DNA of 32,000 nucleotides from Eubacteriales bacterium (GTDB lineage Bacteria > Bacillota > Clostridia > Lachnospirales > WRAX01). A program made the translations under genes and the position numbers. The DNA is taken from the NCBI GenBank assembly GCA_031550435.1, contig JAVBOO010000011.1:1-32000 (forward strand). Direction: 5' to 3'. Shown here piece by piece: positions 6,068-14,153 of the stretch (position 1 is the first letter of the stretch; each line of letters starts with the position of its first letter). The notes beneath the pieces were generated by a model, which worked only from the letters and a program-made list of their open reading frames with translations, was not told the origin of the DNA and searched no databases.

Positions 6068-6154
6068 TGGACTCGCTAGAATTTTTCCGAATAATGTATG
6101 CGTCTTTTAATAATCAGTCTTTAATCTAAATAATTTCAGAATATAAGCAAAGCG

Positions 6155-6334
6155 GTGAGTCAAATTACTAGGACAGATATAATAAATTACATAGAGTCGG
6201 AACTCGACGACTTATCCGATGAGCAATATATGGAACTATACATTTTACTCGAAGAACTTGTCTCGAACACTGAAAAGCCACTCGACTGCGGACGCTTTTC
6301 AAAAAATAGAGCTGTGAACTGGTTTGGACATTAA
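6155..6334 (+). CDS. possible 59-aa acidic protein between inverted B copies
   Basis: A GTG start with a weak RBS. The translation VSQITRTDIINYIESELDDLSDEQYMELYILLEELVSNTEKPLDCGRFSKNRAVNWFGH looks protein-like. It is 1 aa below the ORF-track cutoff. Confidence 0.3.
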   Translation: MSQITRTDIINYIESELDDLSDEQYMELYILLEELVSNTEKPLDCGRFSKNRAVNWFGH

Positions 6335-6340
6335 CACAGT

Positions 6341-6487
6341 ACTTCATCAACATAATATAGGAAAACGTTATATTTTGTTGTTCCTTACTAAGACGAAAAT
6401 GCGCCGCACCTAAGTGCTGCGGCGCACGTCTGCTAGTCCCAAGTTACCGCGCAAGTATTTTATTCGACATTTAACTTCCGCAGTATT
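6341..6487 (-). repeat. repeat module B, inverted copy (Be)
   Basis: The reverse complement ATACTGCGGAAGTTAAATGTCGAATAAAATACTTGCGCGG...GCAGACGTGCGCCGCAGCACTTAGGTGCGGCGCA...GGAACAACAAAATATAACGTTTTCCTATATTATGTTGATGAAGT aligns along the full length of B2. Confidence 0.75.
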
Positions 6488-6536
6488 AATTTTCGTAACG
6501 TAGAAACCGCTGCAAAAATACGCAGTCCATAGGCGG

Positions 6537-6702
6537 CTAAAAACCGAAAAAATCCGCCGATTCGACTTCCTCGGTTTTTTCGCCTAACTTTCGCAAATCA
6601 TTATACTCATTAATTATTTCGAAGAATTCATCCATGTAATAGTTTTCAAGCAAATCACGCTTTGATATTCCGATAGACAAAGCGCAAACTATAAGTTTTT
6701 GG
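6537..6702 (-). CDS. -1 frame extension of the tail assembly chaperone (gpGT-like fusion)
   Basis: The -1 frame is open across the last ~25 codons of the 6689-7171 ORF and continues ~50 codons further (...LQKLIVCALSIGISKRDLLENYYMDEFFEIINEYNDLRKLGEKTEEVESADFFGF*). A slippery-like C-AAA-AAC lies at 6702-6695. The extension has no RBS or start of its own. Confidence 0.4.
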
Positions 6703-7171
6703 AGCCAATACTCGGAATCATTCTGACGTTTGTCAGTCTCGGAATAAGACGCCGTATCGCTCCTGCGAACTCCCCCAATTCATTAACCTCGATGAAAGCC
6801 GCTATAATTTCGGCAAGCCCGTTCAGTCCGATTTCAGGATCGGTCAGGAGCATTTGTTCATCAACGCCCGTTAAATCGGATATAAACGAAACAACATATG
6901 AAGGAAACGCTGTAAACGCCGTACACAAAAACGATATCAGCCTATCTTCGGTCATTTTCAAAAATGATGCCGTTATTTCGGCAAAAGTTTGACCGGGGAA
7001 GCAAATTTTCAGCAAATCCTCAGGCAAACTCTGAAGCCTATTAATTGCATGAAGATAAGCTCCGATATGCATTTTGCGGACCGTTACGCCTCGAACCTTT
7101 TTTGCTTTTCCGAGAGAAAGCGCAGTTTTGTCCGCCGCTTTAACGGTCTTTTTGATCTTGAACATATCCAT
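6689..7171 (-). CDS. tail assembly chaperone (called by position)
   Basis: 160 aa, immediately downstream of the major tail protein, with an AAAGGAG RBS. The call rests on position and the overlapping -1 frame. I recognise no family. Confidence 0.5.
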   Translation of the reverse strand: MDMFKIKKTVKAADKTALSLGKAKKVRGVTVRKMHIGAYLHAINRLQSLPEDLLKICFPGQTFAEITASFLKMTEDRLISFLCTAFTAFPSYVVSFISDLTGVDEQMLLTDPEIGLNGLAEIIAAFIEVNELGEFAGAIRRLIPRLTNVRMIPSIGSKNL

Positions 7172-7193
7172 AAAAACTCCTTTTGAAAAGTTA

Positions 7194-7301
7194 TTGATCC
7201 CCCGATTAAACCCTGCGGTTTAATCACCCCCTTATACCGGCTCTGCGGGCCTAAGGGGGATTGAGGCGACAAGTTTAGGAATGGTTTAATTGCCGCCTCA
7301 A
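7194..7301 (+). mobile_element. repeat module A, copy A2 (MITE-like, ~108 bp)
   Basis: The imperfect terminal inverted repeats are TTGATCCCCCGATTAAACC on the left and GGTTTAATTGCCGCCTCAA on the right (reverse complement TTGAGGCGGCAATTAAACC). TA flanks both ends. Internal hairpins are GATTAAAC/GTTTAATC, CCCCCTTA/TAAGGGGG and ATTGAGGCG/CGCCTCAAT. Confidence 0.65.
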
Positions 7302-7305
7302 TAAA

Positions 7306-7465
7306 ATTACCGCGGAAGTTAAATACCGCATAAAATACTTACGCGGTTACTCGTGCCGAGCAGACGCGTTTAGATACGCCGCAGTGCTCCAATGCGGCGC
7401 ATCTGCGTCTTAGCGAGGGAACAACAAAATATAGCGTTTCCCTATATTTTGTTGCCGAAGTAATA
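7306..7465 (+). repeat. repeat module B, copy B2 (~160 bp)
   Basis: It runs from ATTACCGCGGAAGT to GTTGCCGAAGTAATA. It contains three hairpins: CCGCGGAAGT/ACTTACGCGG, the nested AGACGC..GATACGCCGCA/TGCGGCGCATC..GCGTCT, and CAACAAAATATA/TATATTTTGTTG. Confidence 0.8.
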
Positions 7466-7467
7466 AA

Positions 7468-7502
7468 GCTGAAAACGGCGAACCGGCTTACTCGTTTTCA
7501 GC
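7468..7502 (-). terminator. terminator of the major tail protein gene
   Basis: A 10-bp stem GCTGAAAACG/CGTTTTCAGC, followed on the minus strand by TTTATTA. Confidence 0.65.
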
Positions 7503-7530
7503 CTCAGCATTATGAACGCCGAACGCTTAC

Positions 7531-8091
7531 CTAAATACTATCGACCGTATCAAGCCAGCTCAAGTCCCCCGCTTCTTCCGAGTCTTTTATCTCGCCCGGA
7601 AGCCCGTCGGCAATACGAGCCGAAAATGTACCGATAAGCTGGTACGAGTTCAGGTCGTTGCCCTCGCCTTTTGATTTAATATTGGACTCTTTGACCTCGT
7701 TCACGGTAAATGAAAACATCTTCTGCATCCTGTACGACCCGTCCGCGCGAAGCTGCCTGAGCGAAAGCGCAAATTCCTTGTTTTCACCCTGCGGGTTCCA
7801 TTTGAGAGTCTTTCCCGCCGGGTCATACACTCCGAACCCGAGCTTAGCCATCATCTCGAGCGGCATCTCGGCTAACTTGATCGTCGAGTTCAATCCATTC
7901 CACGACTTAAAATTCATATAAAGTATGTCGTCTGCGTAAATTTTCGACTCACTCGTGTCTGCTTCCCTTGTCATTTCTTGAGCCCACGGAAGTTCAAAAC
8001 CCTCTCCCACCGAATACTCAGATGCGTTATTTTTAACAACGGGAAAGAGTTTAACTCTCGAAAAACCCATTAAAGCTATTTTCTTGGCCAT
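7531..8091 (-). CDS. major tail protein (phi13-family-like siphovirus tube protein)
   Basis: 186 aa. The N-terminal pattern MAKKIALMGFSRVKLFPV...YSVGEGFELPWAQEMTREADTSESKIYADD resembles phi13-type major tail proteins. The position after the connector genes also fits. Confidence 0.7.
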   Translation of the reverse strand: MAKKIALMGFSRVKLFPVVKNNASEYSVGEGFELPWAQEMTREADTSESKIYADDILYMNFKSWNGLNSTIKLAEMPLEMMAKLGFGVYDPAGKTLKWNPQGENKEFALSLRQLRADGSYRMQKMFSFTVNEVKESNIKSKGEGNDLNSYQLIGTFSARIADGLPGEIKDSEEAGDLSWLDTVDSI

Positions 8092-8100
8092 TTTTACCCC

Positions 8101-8445
8101 CTAAAATAAATTGTACTTATATTTCATTGTCCTGTGAGCCGGCGCGCCTTTTTTGTAAGCATCCGCCTCCGATATCCGGAAAAAGCCGACGGATCGGAGC
8201 GCTTCATCAGCTTTTACGGATATTTCTCCCGCTTCAGGGCTTGTCATCGCCCATATATCAACAGCAAATATGACTTCCGTCATATACTCTTTGTCGTCGG
8301 CACATGCTGCCGCAACCCTACCGGATTCGTAATAACTGATACACGGAAGAAGCTTGAAGTCGTCGGGATAATAAAAAAAGACGCTTTTCACGTCCTTAAC
8401 GGTTTTTAGCGCTTCAAAAGCTTTTTGCTTTACAGCCGCCTCCAC
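8101..8445 (-). CDS. head-tail joining / tail completion protein (called by position; DUF3168-like?)
   Basis: 114 aa, tightly packed between the head closure gene and the major tail gene. Confidence 0.45.
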   Translation of the reverse strand: MEAAVKQKAFEALKTVKDVKSVFFYYPDDFKLLPCISYYESGRVAAACADDKEYMTEVIFAVDIWAMTSPEAGEISVKADEALRSVGFFRISEADAYKKGAPAHRTMKYKYNLF

Positions 8446-8451
8446 TACTCA

Positions 8452-8787
8452 TCACCTCAGCTTCACGCAATAAAGCATCGTATGGTCACAAAGCTCCATC
8501 GCAACCTTAATTTCGTACTCAGGCTTTGTATCCCCGAAGCAAACACCTTCCGAAAGCCGTTTGTCGCTCGGACAAAACACGGCAAAGCCATAATTAAGCT
8601 CCGTTCCGTATGCCGTATCCTCAGACATACCGATTAGCGGCTGCAAACGGCCTCTTGAAGGCTGCAAGTTACCCCGGAATACTCCTGCACCGTCATAACC
8701 CGTGATGCTTATTCCTCCGTCTGCGTCCTGTGTCCTTAACGGAACAAAAAGCGCAAACTCGTGCATATCTTTTTCAAGAAACCGCAT
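8452..8787 (-). CDS. head closure / head-tail adaptor protein
   Basis: 111 aa; its start overlaps the upstream stop. Size and position are typical of HK97 gp9 / SPP1 gp16-type proteins. Confidence 0.45.
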   Translation of the reverse strand: MRFLEKDMHEFALFVPLRTQDADGGISITGYDGAGVFRGNLQPSRGRLQPLIGMSEDTAYGTELNYGFAVFCPSDKRLSEGVCFGDTKPEYEIKVAMELCDHTMLYCVKLR

Positions 8788-9089
8788 TATACCACCCCCG
8801 CAAGCCTGTAGCGATTTAACGCGGACATGACGCTTTTGGGGTAATCGTCCGAACCAAGGCTTTCTGTCGCGATTTCGCCTTCTTTTCTGCTCTTGAAACC
8901 CTCAATACCTTGCCTGTTGTAATCCACGAGCGCAACTGTTATCTGTGCCCAGTCAAAACACTCAAGCCATTCAGACGATGTTCTTCCCGTATAGGCAAGT
9001 ATAAACCCCCTAGCCCCGGAAAGCAGAGCCAGAAGCTTCGCTTCGTCGTCGCAGCCCGTTCTGAGCTTTAGTCTGTCAATCTGCGTCAT
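8787..9089 (-). CDS. gp6-like head-tail connector (DNA-packaging/connector family)
   Basis: 100 aa, immediately after the capsid gene. The N-terminal pattern (LKLRTGCDDEAKLLALLSGARGFILAYTGR) is typical of Phage_connect_1-type proteins. Confidence 0.5.
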   Translation of the reverse strand: MTQIDRLKLRTGCDDEAKLLALLSGARGFILAYTGRTSSEWLECFDWAQITVALVDYNRQGIEGFKSRKEGEIATESLGSDDYPKSVMSALNRYRLAGVV

Positions 9090-9105
9090 AATTCTTTACC
9101 GCCTT

Positions 9106-9948
9106 TTAAGCCTTGTTGGCTGTTAAACACACAAGCGCGTCAGGTCTGACTACCTTGCAGCCGTAAACATGCAATCCTTTTACCGCATCGGCAAAACGTT
9201 TTTCCGGCCTGTATGCTTCAACATTTGATATTTGGTCCGCAAAACTCCAGGCAACACTGTGCCCCGCAAGTATTTTATATTTTGTCCCGCCCAAAGACGG
9301 AACATTGTTAGACTCCAGAACGCAGAAACCCGCAGCCTGGCCGACCTGAGCGTTACCGAGAGTCTGTGTCGCCCCGAAACTACCGGCTCCCGCGAAGCGC
9401 TCGTCCTTAAGCAGCAGCCCGTATGCCCAGGGCGGAAGCACAACCCACCTGCCCGACTTCGGAACATTTTTTTCCGATAGTTTGATTCCGAGGTCAACCA
9501 AAGTGTCATAAATATTTGATGCGGTAAGTACGACAGGAGCTGCGTCGGTTCCTGTTGTCTGCCCGGCTTCGGTATGCTTTGCAGCGATAAATTTATCAGC
9601 CGCATCCGCCAGACAGTATGCCGCTTCCCTCATGGCATCGGTCATAATCTTCGGCGACTGCTGAGCCGTGTCTATGTCGTCTATCTGGAAGTTAAAACCC
9701 TTGCTCTGGTCAATCAGCATGCTGATCTCCGCATCCGAAAGCGTTTCCGCGGCAGGCATGTCTGTGTTCTTTCCGTAGTTAAAAACCGTTACGGGGCCAA
9801 AACTGTGGATTTTAACAGTATCACCTGCCTCTTTGATTTCACCCTCATAGTCACGGTTGATAACTCCCGTTTGACCGTATACGAGCGCTTTTTGAAGTTC
9901 AATCAGCAGTTTTGCGCTCCAAACCTGCGGTATAAATTTGTCTGTCAT
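9106..9948 (-). CDS. major capsid protein (P22 coat gp5-like family)
   Basis: 280 aa. MTDKFIPQVWSAKLLIELQKALVYGQTGVINRDYEGEIKEAGDTVKI matches the characteristic N-terminus of P22-coat-type capsid proteins. It follows a scaffolding gene and there is no protease gene. Confidence 0.8.
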   Translation of the reverse strand: MTDKFIPQVWSAKLLIELQKALVYGQTGVINRDYEGEIKEAGDTVKIHSFGPVTVFNYGKNTDMPAAETLSDAEISMLIDQSKGFNFQIDDIDTAQQSPKIMTDAMREAAYCLADAADKFIAAKHTEAGQTTGTDAAPVVLTASNIYDTLVDLGIKLSEKNVPKSGRWVVLPPWAYGLLLKDERFAGAGSFGATQTLGNAQVGQAAGFCVLESNNVPSLGGTKYKILAGHSVAWSFADQISNVEAYRPEKRFADAVKGLHVYGCKVVRPDALVCLTANKA

Positions 9949-9963
9949 AAACTTCTCCTCTCT

Positions 9964-10563
9964 TTAGTGAAAATTTCCCAGTGCCCTTTCAACAGCCTCC
10001 ATGTTTTCGGCTATTGTGTTTCGGCTCATGTTTTTCAGCTGTTCGAACGTAAACGCGCGCTGCGCCGGGCCTCCGACCTTTGGGGCAGCTCCCCTCAACC
10101 TCTCGTTTACCCTCGCTTCGATTCCGTTTCGTACAGCCGATTCGACAGCCGTTAAGCTTCGAGCCACACTCTCTTCGTCGCAATAATTCAGTACTTCGAG
10201 CAGACATATGTCCATTCCGCGTTCTCTGAGCATTTCGTGAGCTTTTATTTTCAGCTCTCTGCGACTGACATCATCAAGCCGCTTCGAATATTCCTGCTCT
10301 CGTTGTCTCGCTTCGAGTTCGACTCGTTCTTCGGCCGTCATATTTGCCATCCGCTCGGCTTCTTCCTTTGCTTTGGCAAGCAAAACAGGAAGCCTGTTCT
10401 TTTCAAACGTTTCAAGCGCTTTGCTTACTCGCCTGTCAGCCTCGGCATTTAACTCTTTTTCTGTGTAAACCTTTGCCGAATTTTCCTCCTGCGTATCCGG
10501 CAAAGTCTCGGTAATAACCCCTTCAGCCTCCGCTGTTACCGCAGTAAATTCAAAATCGTCCAT
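9964..10563 (-). CDS. capsid scaffolding protein (DUF4355-like)
   Basis: ATG 10563 lies after GGAGG; the longer track ORF is rejected. The protein is acidic, coiled-coil rich and E/K/R-repetitive, and lies between portal and capsid. Confidence 0.65.
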   Translation of the reverse strand: MDDFEFTAVTAEAEGVITETLPDTQEENSAKVYTEKELNAEADRRVSKALETFEKNRLPVLLAKAKEEAERMANMTAEERVELEARQREQEYSKRLDDVSRRELKIKAHEMLRERGMDICLLEVLNYCDEESVARSLTAVESAVRNGIEARVNERLRGAAPKVGGPAQRAFTFEQLKNMSRNTIAENMEAVERALGNFH

Positions 10564-10709
10564 TTGTACCTCCGTGTGTTTTGATAATAGTCGGACAAGC
10601 CGAACAACGCAACCCGGTATTCCGTTTTGCCGTATATTCGCCTCGGCATGACCATATATGTGAACTTCGCTATGCGAAGGAGTTTTCCCGGGGAGCAAAC
10701 CGCGCTCCT

Positions 10710-11945
10710 CTATACTTTTTCTCTCAGCTCTTCATCACTCAGTATCCCTTTGAGCAGGCTGACGGTCTGCGCATTCTCCAGATCGTTAATCGGAAGCGTC
10801 CTTGTAAATACCGGCACTATTTCATTGCAATCAGCCGGCCGCATACCTTTGAGCGCCAGAGCGGTCGCAAACAGCTCAAACCTTGAGTTAAGCGAGGCCT
10901 CAAAAAACCTCTCCTTGGTGCTCGCAAGGTTTTCTAACGAGAGCAGCTTGTACCTCAAAGCGACACCGGAAGAATTTCCGCTGAAGCGTTCGTCCGAAAA
11001 GTCCGGTACCATACTGAATTTGTGTATGTCTTTTGCTATACTGTCGGCAAGCACCTGCGTTTCGGTCTCATTGAGTGCCTTTGTTATATAGTGCGCGTCG
11101 GCTCCGTCAGGCAGTTCCAAAATTCTTCCTACAAGCATGTTTGCGGCGCTTTCGCCGTCATCCTCCGGCAGCCTGGCCCCCGTCAAAAGTAAAATCGCAT
11201 CAACAAATCGCTCCTTATCGTTTAGCCTGTCGCTCGTAAGTACGTCATATGCGTCTATAAGCGGTAAAACATGCTCATAGTCGCCCATACCCTCCTTGTT
11301 GTTCCAAAATTCTACTATAGGCAGTCTGCCGAAAAAATGCGGTGTCTCCGACACGAGTTTCGGCCTGCCTTTCAAATCCTTCATCATAAAAACACTGTAG
11401 CTTTCCGCCGTGTATACAGTAACCGAATACTCCGTTACTTCTCCGTTTTCGTTTGTACATTCGGCAACGGTAACACCGAAAAGAGGTGTGTTTATTATGC
11501 CTGCATCGTAAACAACAAAAGCCGAACGCGGATCAATCAGCGCAAGCCTTGGCATCGGAGAAACATCTTCGGACATATAGACAAGCTCGATACCCCTGCC
11601 GAATACCGACAAATCTTTCCCCAACTCCGCGTCATGCCCCTCCGCACTTGCCCTTTCGACCGACTTGACAAGCTCAAATGTGTTTTCACCGTGCTTGTAT
11701 TGTATCTGACTGCCAAACATATAACCGCACACAGTGTCTGTTATGTTTCTTGGAAAACCGCATACAATTTTGTTGTTCGGCGCCCATTTGCCCTTTGCTT
11801 TACGCCTTGCGATGTCGTGCTCTCCCCTGTAATACCTGTCAAGCCTGTCAAGCCTGACATTGTTAAGCACATGTTCCGCCAAGCAAGACATGATCATCTT
11901 CTCCGAAATCCCGTTCGCGATACTTTCCGCGCTCCTTTTGATCAT
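10710..11945 (-). CDS. portal protein (SPP1 gp6-like)
   Basis: 411 aa with an ATGA overlap with the terL stop. Length and position fit, and conserved blocks (GFPRNITDTV..., NDKERFVDAILLL) are typical of SPP1-type portals. Confidence 0.8.
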   Translation of the reverse strand: MIKRSAESIANGISEKMIMSCLAEHVLNNVRLDRLDRYYRGEHDIARRKAKGKWAPNNKIVCGFPRNITDTVCGYMFGSQIQYKHGENTFELVKSVERASAEGHDAELGKDLSVFGRGIELVYMSEDVSPMPRLALIDPRSAFVVYDAGIINTPLFGVTVAECTNENGEVTEYSVTVYTAESYSVFMMKDLKGRPKLVSETPHFFGRLPIVEFWNNKEGMGDYEHVLPLIDAYDVLTSDRLNDKERFVDAILLLTGARLPEDDGESAANMLVGRILELPDGADAHYITKALNETETQVLADSIAKDIHKFSMVPDFSDERFSGNSSGVALRYKLLSLENLASTKERFFEASLNSRFELFATALALKGMRPADCNEIVPVFTRTLPINDLENAQTVSLLKGILSDEELREKV

Positions 11946-13180
11946 AGCACTCCTCCGTATTTGTTCTTTGAAATCAGCCTTGCGGACTTTTCGTCTCTAA
12001 AAGCTTCAAGCGCGTAACGCAGTGCGTCAAGCCCATGATTAAAGCTGTCTCTAGGCTCATTAATGTATTCTCCCGTCCGTTTGTCCCTCACCCAGGTGTA
12101 GTTTTCCAGCTCTTCAATAATGCCTTTAAGCCTTTCGTCCACGACTATTTCATGCTGTTGTATAAACTGTATCCCGCTGAGTATGCTGTCCGGACCTTTG
12201 CGTGACGGGCGCAACCTTCGTATGTCATATAGCCTTTTTAGCTCGTCAATACTGTCCGTCCTTGCCGAATCGGCAACGATAATTTCTTTCTTTAGTCCCG
12301 CGTTTTCTATAAGCCCGGCGATTTCCGGGTTTAATAGCCCTTTTCTGAATATCTCTCCGGTGATAAAAACTCGTTTTTGCTTCTTGTCGTATTTGCCCCA
12401 GATCAGAGCTGTCGGGTCGTTTGTATATCCGAAATCGAGCCCGGCAAACATCGGATACTCCGCAACCTCGCTCTCCGGAACGATACGCTTTGTCCATACC
12501 GGAAAAACAAGCCTGTCAAGCGTCGCAAACTCTCCTAAGGCGTAAATTCTATAATATGCCGGATTCCTGTACTTGAGCTCTTCCAGCGTTTTCGCGTAGC
12601 TATCCGGCAAGAATTTGTTGTCACGATAATTCGTACGCATCACAAGCGAATCTTTAAGCGGATTCTCGAAGAAACAGCGGTAAACCCAATTTGCTTTCGA
12701 AACCGGGTTAAACATAAGATAAATCTGCGGGTAAGGAGCATTCGAACGCAGCCTGAGATTCAACTGTGTAAACTCGTCCTCGTTAAACTCGGTAGCCTCT
12801 TCGCAAACAATATCAGTGATTCCGTCAATCGACTTGATTTTTTCGCTGTCATCACAGCCTTTAAACAAAAAAACAGAGCCGTTTGTCAGCTCTATCTCCA
12901 TGTTTGTTTTATCGAGTCTGAAACCTTGTTTCAGCGCCCCGTCCCTCAAAATTCCCTTTGCAAGCGTAAATACACTGTTTCGCAGCGTTGCCCCGACCTT
13001 TCTAACGACAAGCACCCTTCTGACATCATTTGTCGCCTTAAGAATAATCTTTTGCATCGCTCCGTATGATTTGCCCGAACCGGCTCCCCCGCAATACACC
13101 TCTATTCTGTTAGTATAATCTTTAAGCCGCTCAAACACCCATAGGTTAAACGCGTTACTGTTCGGCTCCGCGGAAATCAC
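11942..13180 (-). CDS. terL: terminase large subunit (PBSX/XtmB family)
   Basis: 412 aa with Walker A VYCGGAGSGKS near the N-terminus, a Walker B/DE region (ITDIVCEEATE), and a C-terminal RNaseH-like nuclease with DALRYALE. Confidence 0.9.
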   Translation of the reverse strand: MISAEPNSNAFNLWVFERLKDYTNRIEVYCGGAGSGKSYGAMQKIILKATNDVRRVLVVRKVGATLRNSVFTLAKGILRDGALKQGFRLDKTNMEIELTNGSVFLFKGCDDSEKIKSIDGITDIVCEEATEFNEDEFTQLNLRLRSNAPYPQIYLMFNPVSKANWVYRCFFENPLKDSLVMRTNYRDNKFLPDSYAKTLEELKYRNPAYYRIYALGEFATLDRLVFPVWTKRIVPESEVAEYPMFAGLDFGYTNDPTALIWGKYDKKQKRVFITGEIFRKGLLNPEIAGLIENAGLKKEIIVADSARTDSIDELKRLYDIRRLRPSRKGPDSILSGIQFIQQHEIVVDERLKGIIEELENYTWVRDKRTGEYINEPRDSFNHGLDALRYALEAFRDEKSARLISKNKYGGVL

Positions 13181-13249
13181 CTCCGTGCTCTATTATTCAT
13201 AATGCCATAATATCACAATGTATGGTGTACTACAATGTACTGCGTAATG

Positions 13250-13281
13250 CAGGGAGTAAGGCCGGCTGCCCTTACTCCCTG
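13250..13281 (-). terminator. 12-bp perfect hairpin overlapping the DUF4130 gene stop
   Basis: CAGGGAGTAAGG (13250-13261) / CCTTACTCCCTG (13270-13281). The U-tract is poor, so it may be a partial terminator or a processing site. Confidence 0.4.
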
Positions 13282-14153
13282 GCGCCCAGCCGGTAAAGCT
13301 CTTCTTCTCCTTCAAATTTTAGTTCTGCCACCGCTCCTTCCCCCAACTCTTTTCCCCCGAATTCTTTTTTTCCCAATTCTTTTTTCCCCGGAGTGTATTC
13401 CGTTAAATTTTTGCGATACTTTTTCGGCAACATATGGTTAAGCCGCTTTTTTGATTCTCGTGCCTCAACGGCAACCGTCCTGTAAAACGTCTTCCAAAGA
13501 TCCTGATATACATCCTCGAACTCGGACTCCTCAACATATGCGTGCCTGTCGGTCGCGCAAATAATATAACGCCGCTTGTCGTATACAACGCAAAGCCCTC
13601 TGTTTGTATCGTGTATCATCCAACGCTCGTCGGGCATTCTTCCCGAAAAGTGCTCGGCAAGCTGAGGAAGTATATAATTATCGGGTTCTATCGAGGAATA
13701 AAGCACACCCGCCCGAGTATCGCGAAAACGCACAAACCCGAGAAAACGGTGAGCCTCGCGGCTCGTATTCGACGCAAGAGCTTCAATGTTACGCACAAAA
13801 TCAATATGCATGTGCCTGTCGACTTCTTCGTTTGTCTGAAATCCGAAAATTATATACCTGAACAAATCCATAAACCGCAAATCCTTGCACGAAAAAGCCA
13901 GATACGAGCGTTCAAATGCCCTCACGCTGATTTTATTCTTTATACCTTCGGCAACCTTTGCAGCCTTGTCATTGTCAGTTTCAATATTGCATATCTCGTT
14001 AAACAGATCCGTCTGAATATAGTCAACCTTGCTGATTTCCTGAGGTATAATTTTGCGGTAGTAATATGCGTATATTATGCAAAGAAAACCGTCAAAACTG
14101 CCGTCAAATACAACATGACAGCGCCTAAAGCTTACATCTGCCCCGTTATGCAT
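13272..14153 (-). CDS. TIGR03915-family / DUF4130 putative DNA metabolism protein, the partner of the radical SAM protein
   Basis: 293 aa. VVFDGSFDGFLCIIYAYY..., AHRFLGFVRFRD...LYSSIEPDNYILPQLAEHFSGRMPDERWMIHD match the family signature (YDGSFEG..., HR..GF.RF..., EP..n.LP....HF..R.....W.I.D). AAGGAGGA RBS. The gene overlaps the upstream gene by 22 nt. Confidence 0.75.
   Translation of the reverse strand: MHNGADVSFRRCHVVFDGSFDGFLCIIYAYYYRKIIPQEISKVDYIQTDLFNEICNIETDNDKAAKVAEGIKNKISVRAFERSYLAFSCKDLRFMDLFRYIIFGFQTNEEVDRHMHIDFVRNIEALASNTSREAHRFLGFVRFRDTRAGVLYSSIEPDNYILPQLAEHFSGRMPDERWMIHDTNRGLCVVYDKRRYIICATDRHAYVEESEFEDVYQDLWKTFYRTVAVEARESKKRLNHMLPKKYRKNLTEYTPGKKELGKKEFGGKELGEGAVAELKFEGEEELYRLGARE

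Noticed and set aside
6168-6353. 61-aa minus-strand ORF between the B copies.
   Set aside because: It is antisense to the more protein-like 59-aa + strand frame and runs into repeat Be. It is arginine/serine-rich and has no RBS.
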